A stretch of DNA of 63,803 bases, the filler included, from Nemertoderma westbladi (taxonomy: Eukaryota; Animalia; Xenacoelomorpha): the NCBI GenBank assembly GCA_032718475.1. It is 3 parts of 3 records of this genome, joined end to end, with 100 filler letters (N's around TTAATTAATTAA, not from the genome) between each part and the next. Parts side by side here need not be neighbours in the genome. Positions count along the whole stretch, not along the records: positions 55,233 to 63,803 come from JAUCBJ010008341.1; 2 more parts are not named here. One strand, given 5' to 3'. A program made the position numbers and the translations under genes. The notes under the pieces were generated by a model that did no database searches, was not told the origin of the DNA, and saw only the letters and a program-made list of their open reading frames with translations. Positions 60,311-63,803 of this stretch are shown piece after piece (position 1 is the stretch's first letter; each line of letters begins with the position of its first letter).

Positions 60311-61435
60311 CTACTATGTTATGGGTACCCACTTTTTAAACAAATTGTTTCATATGAAAATGGCTTTTATCATGAGGTTTTTTGTTCTAGAACAAAGTCA
60401 CCACGGATACAACTTCTAAATTTCACAAAAGCCACTTTTATTGCAACGTAGAAACAAGATTCTTCAAACGACAAGACATTAATTGTTTTGTGAATTTTAA
60501 AATATCTTTTAGGAACAATTTGTATTATCATTGTCACACGTGACATGCCACCCTTCTACAAATCTTAATGAGATTGCACGAAATTTGAAACGAAACAGTG
60601 GAACAAGTATGTTTGTAGTTTAATTCCAAAATTGTAACATTACGAAATGATTGTATATATATTATAAGTGATAGAAACTGCACAAATTAAATTTGTTGCT
60701 GTATAAATAAATGTAAAAATGACATAAATTATGCTATAAAAAAGTTAGCTTATATTTATGGTGGCGTCTGGAGCCATGTTAATAGTTTAAAGCTACTGGT
60801 TATTAATAGCTACCGGTAGGTAACGCAGTAGGCCTATCTGGCTGTCAGGCAATTAATAATAAAATCCAACTATTGTGTATGTGGTAAACCATGACGGCGT
60901 GACTTTACAGTAACGCCGTTGGGACATAACATAATAATAATACACCAATACAATACTAATTGTACAGGCCAATACAATAATGTCATTGTCCTATAAAGTT
61001 GTAAAGTGCTAAATAACAACTCGCTGTCAATACTAACGTCATTGAGTAATGTTACAATTTTGGAATAAAACACATTTGAATTTAGTTGGGAAATAGCTGA
61101 GATATGAGCATTCGAAAGTTGCATGTATTAGCTTCGGCTGCAGGCAATAAAAAATCAAAAATCACAAAAAAATCAAAAATAAGGCCTGCTCACCTCCCTC
61201 GAACAGCTGATCAAAGAAGTCATACTTATTTTTCAATTCAATTTAATTCAATTATATTTTATTTATTCCGTTGTAATAAGAGAAAAGTAATAATTAATGT
61301 CACATAAACAGTACAGATTACGGAAAGGGATAAACGAAAATAGCACTGTGGAATAAAAAACATAAGACATGTATGTGTACAAGTAATAAAGCTATGAGCA
61401 CCCTCCCCCAAGCTAAGCCGTAGCCAAGGCGTATA

Positions 61436-62359
61436 CAAGGCCATGCCATCGAGTTAACTGGGGGCGGTGACTGGGGGCAAGATTTATTTTACAACAATTT
61501 GATATTTTGATATGGGGAGAGTTCTATAAATTTTAATTTGCTGCAATTTTATCAATGGACGTAATTGAAGCATCCTCGTTAAGTAAGATACAAAATTTTA
61601 CGGTAGCTAGTATTTTAGATAGGTTTAGTTAGTAATTTCGACACTGGTTCCGACATCCTACTCCCCTCTATAAATATTTCCTAGTAGCTAGTTCTTGTTA
61701 TGGTTTGTATAGAAAATGTTCCAGAAGTTGTTAGCTATTCATTTTTTAAAAAAATTATGTTCTAGAACAATTATTTTTTGTTCTAGAACATTTTTAGAAA
61801 AAAATCTGGATTCTATTTAAAACTCATGGAACTGTTCTAAAACGTGTTTAAAATCAATAAAAAAAAATTTCAAAATTTTATATTTTTTCAAAATATACAT
61901 AAACATAAATATACATATTTTTTTTCACAATTTTTTTTATTGATTTTAAACACGTTTTAGAACGATTCCATGAGTTTTAAATAGAATCCAGATTTTTTCT
62001 AAAAATGTTCTAGAACAAAAAATAATTGTTCTAGAATATAATTTTTTTTTAAATGAATAGCTAACATCTTCGGGAACATTTTCTATTCAAATAATAACAA
62101 GATCTAGCTACTACAAAATATTCATAGAGGGAAGTAGGATGTCCGAACCAGTGTCGAAATTACTTGCTAAACCTATCTATAATACTAGCTACGGTAAAAT
62201 TTTGTATCTTACTTAACGAGGATGCTTCAATTACGTCCGTTGACCAAATTGCAGCAAATTAAAATTTATAGAACTCTCCCCATATCAAAATATCAAATTG
62301 TTGTAAAAAAAATCTTGCCCCCAGTCACCGCCCCCAGTTAACTCGATGGCACGGCCTTG
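61436..62359. mobile_element. Palindromic Tc1/mariner-type MITE (924 bp)
   Basis: TA|CAAGGCC..GGCCTTG|TA; inverted arms extend almost to the centre (~61897). Confidence 0.9.
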
Positions 62360-63803
62360 TATATACAGTAGTATGCCTTGGCCGTAGCACACTTCGACCC
62401 CACCCTCACCCACCCCACGACCTAACCACTCAGCCAAGCGTTTTAACTTTTTAACAAATACTATTTTAGTCTTATTTTTGATAGTGATTCTGGTAGGTAA
62501 TTCCAAAGAAATGATCCAGATTATGATATAGAGAGTTGACCGACAACCAAATTTACACGGGGAATAAAAAACTTATTTGCTGTGGTTGATCGTGTCCCGT
62601 AGCGGTGAATGTCCGAAGTGAATGTGAATAAATTGCTAATGTCAGATGTATCATACAGTATTTATAAAATATGCCGTGCATAAATGATAATAATTAGGAG
62701 CCCGCTTGACAGCGGGATACTTACTGTTAAAATCTGCGGGATACTTACTGTAAAAATCTAAGGATATATAACACTGACTAACTGACTGACTGATAATTAT
62801 CTTGGTTCAGGCACTTCCTGCCTGGCGATTTTGATGAAATTTTGCAAGTACATTGCTTTGGTGGTTCATAATCGCGTTACAAAATATCAGATCGATTCTG
62901 TGTGTGGTATTCGATATATTTAGTTTTTGACATTATTTTGTCGCGAAATTAACAGCAATGGTAAAATAACAACTCCTGCCTGAGCTGCAGCAGCTAGCTT
63001 TGGAGTAGGAACGGTGGATTGCAGGGCTGTATGAGATAGAATTCCATCCAGGCGGAATTTCTTGACTTTGACTACACCCTTCCTGCCTGCCTTTCTTTGC
63101 CTTGTAGGAGCAGCGCTGCTGGCTAAGTCTACACTTCCTTATCAGCTCTCAGGTATAGACAGAAAATAGTTGAGTTGTCAATAAACATATTAAAATATAC
63201 AACTACAGTAGGATTATATTATTATTCCACGAATCCTTGGGCTGATTATTTTGCATAGGATATATGTAGAAAGTTCTTAAAAATAATATTCTTATTTTTT
63301 TATTACATAGGATTAGCATCATTTTTTAGCTGAAGCATTAATAGTGCAAATTAATTTAATTATATTTTAATACCATTACTACATTGGCATAAGATAAGTT
63401 TTATCATTTCTTACAAATATTGTAAAACTCAATAGTGGTGCGAGCATAAAACTCAAATCACGCAAATTTAAAAGAACCGGGTGTGTTGTCATAATATCTA
63501 TCTCCATAGGTTATTCAGTTTGAATGGATCTGGATCTGGCTGCGGCTTTGCTTTTGGGGTGGGGGTGCTGATTGAAAGGGGGGTTGAAGGGGGAACTGTC
63601 CCCCTCTTTTCAATTTGACTGATTTGCGGTTTTGTTAAATTTCTTGGATATAGTTGTTGTGATGCTAAAATTTAATTTGTCTTTGATAATGTATTATTTT
63701 GTTTCATATTGTTTAGACCATCAATTTTCATAATATTAGTTGAGTTTTTGTTTATACATTTGCTCTATAATATATTATATAATTTGTATTTATTCAAAAA
63801 ATT

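Noticed and set aside
62970-63155. Possible exon in a GC-richer patch
   Set aside because: No convincing open frame with splice sites or recognisable motif.

Overview
AT-rich, repeat-dense eukaryotic (probably invertebrate) genomic DNA with two N-gaps. Most of it is nested mobile elements. (1) A Polinton/Maverick (adintovirus-like) endogenous virus starts at an AGTAGT terminus (9702) inside an old LINE. It carries an unknown ORF, a RING ORF, an A32-type packaging ATPase, a core protein with a QSGG-cleaved amphipathic peptide, a small ORF and an rve integrase. A full-length CR1-group LINE (TSD GTAGC) and a Gypsy element with identical LTRs (TSD AATAC) are inserted in it, and removing them restores both Polinton reading frames. 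(2) A 12.5-kb BEL/Pao-derived non-autonomous LTR element (1182-bp near-identical LTRs, TSD TCTCC) keeps gag and protease only, has a conserved hairpin where the tRNA PBS should be, and carries a decayed extra ORF; two relatives occur elsewhere in the window. (3) Host-like genes are three kinesin-13 (KIF24-like) exons and a divergent BAF-like ORF. (4) Also present are RTE, L2/Crack-like and CRE-like LINE fragments, P-element/THAP and IS3EU-like transposase relics, palindromic MITEs and minisatellites. All calls come from reading motifs by eye; no database searches were run.
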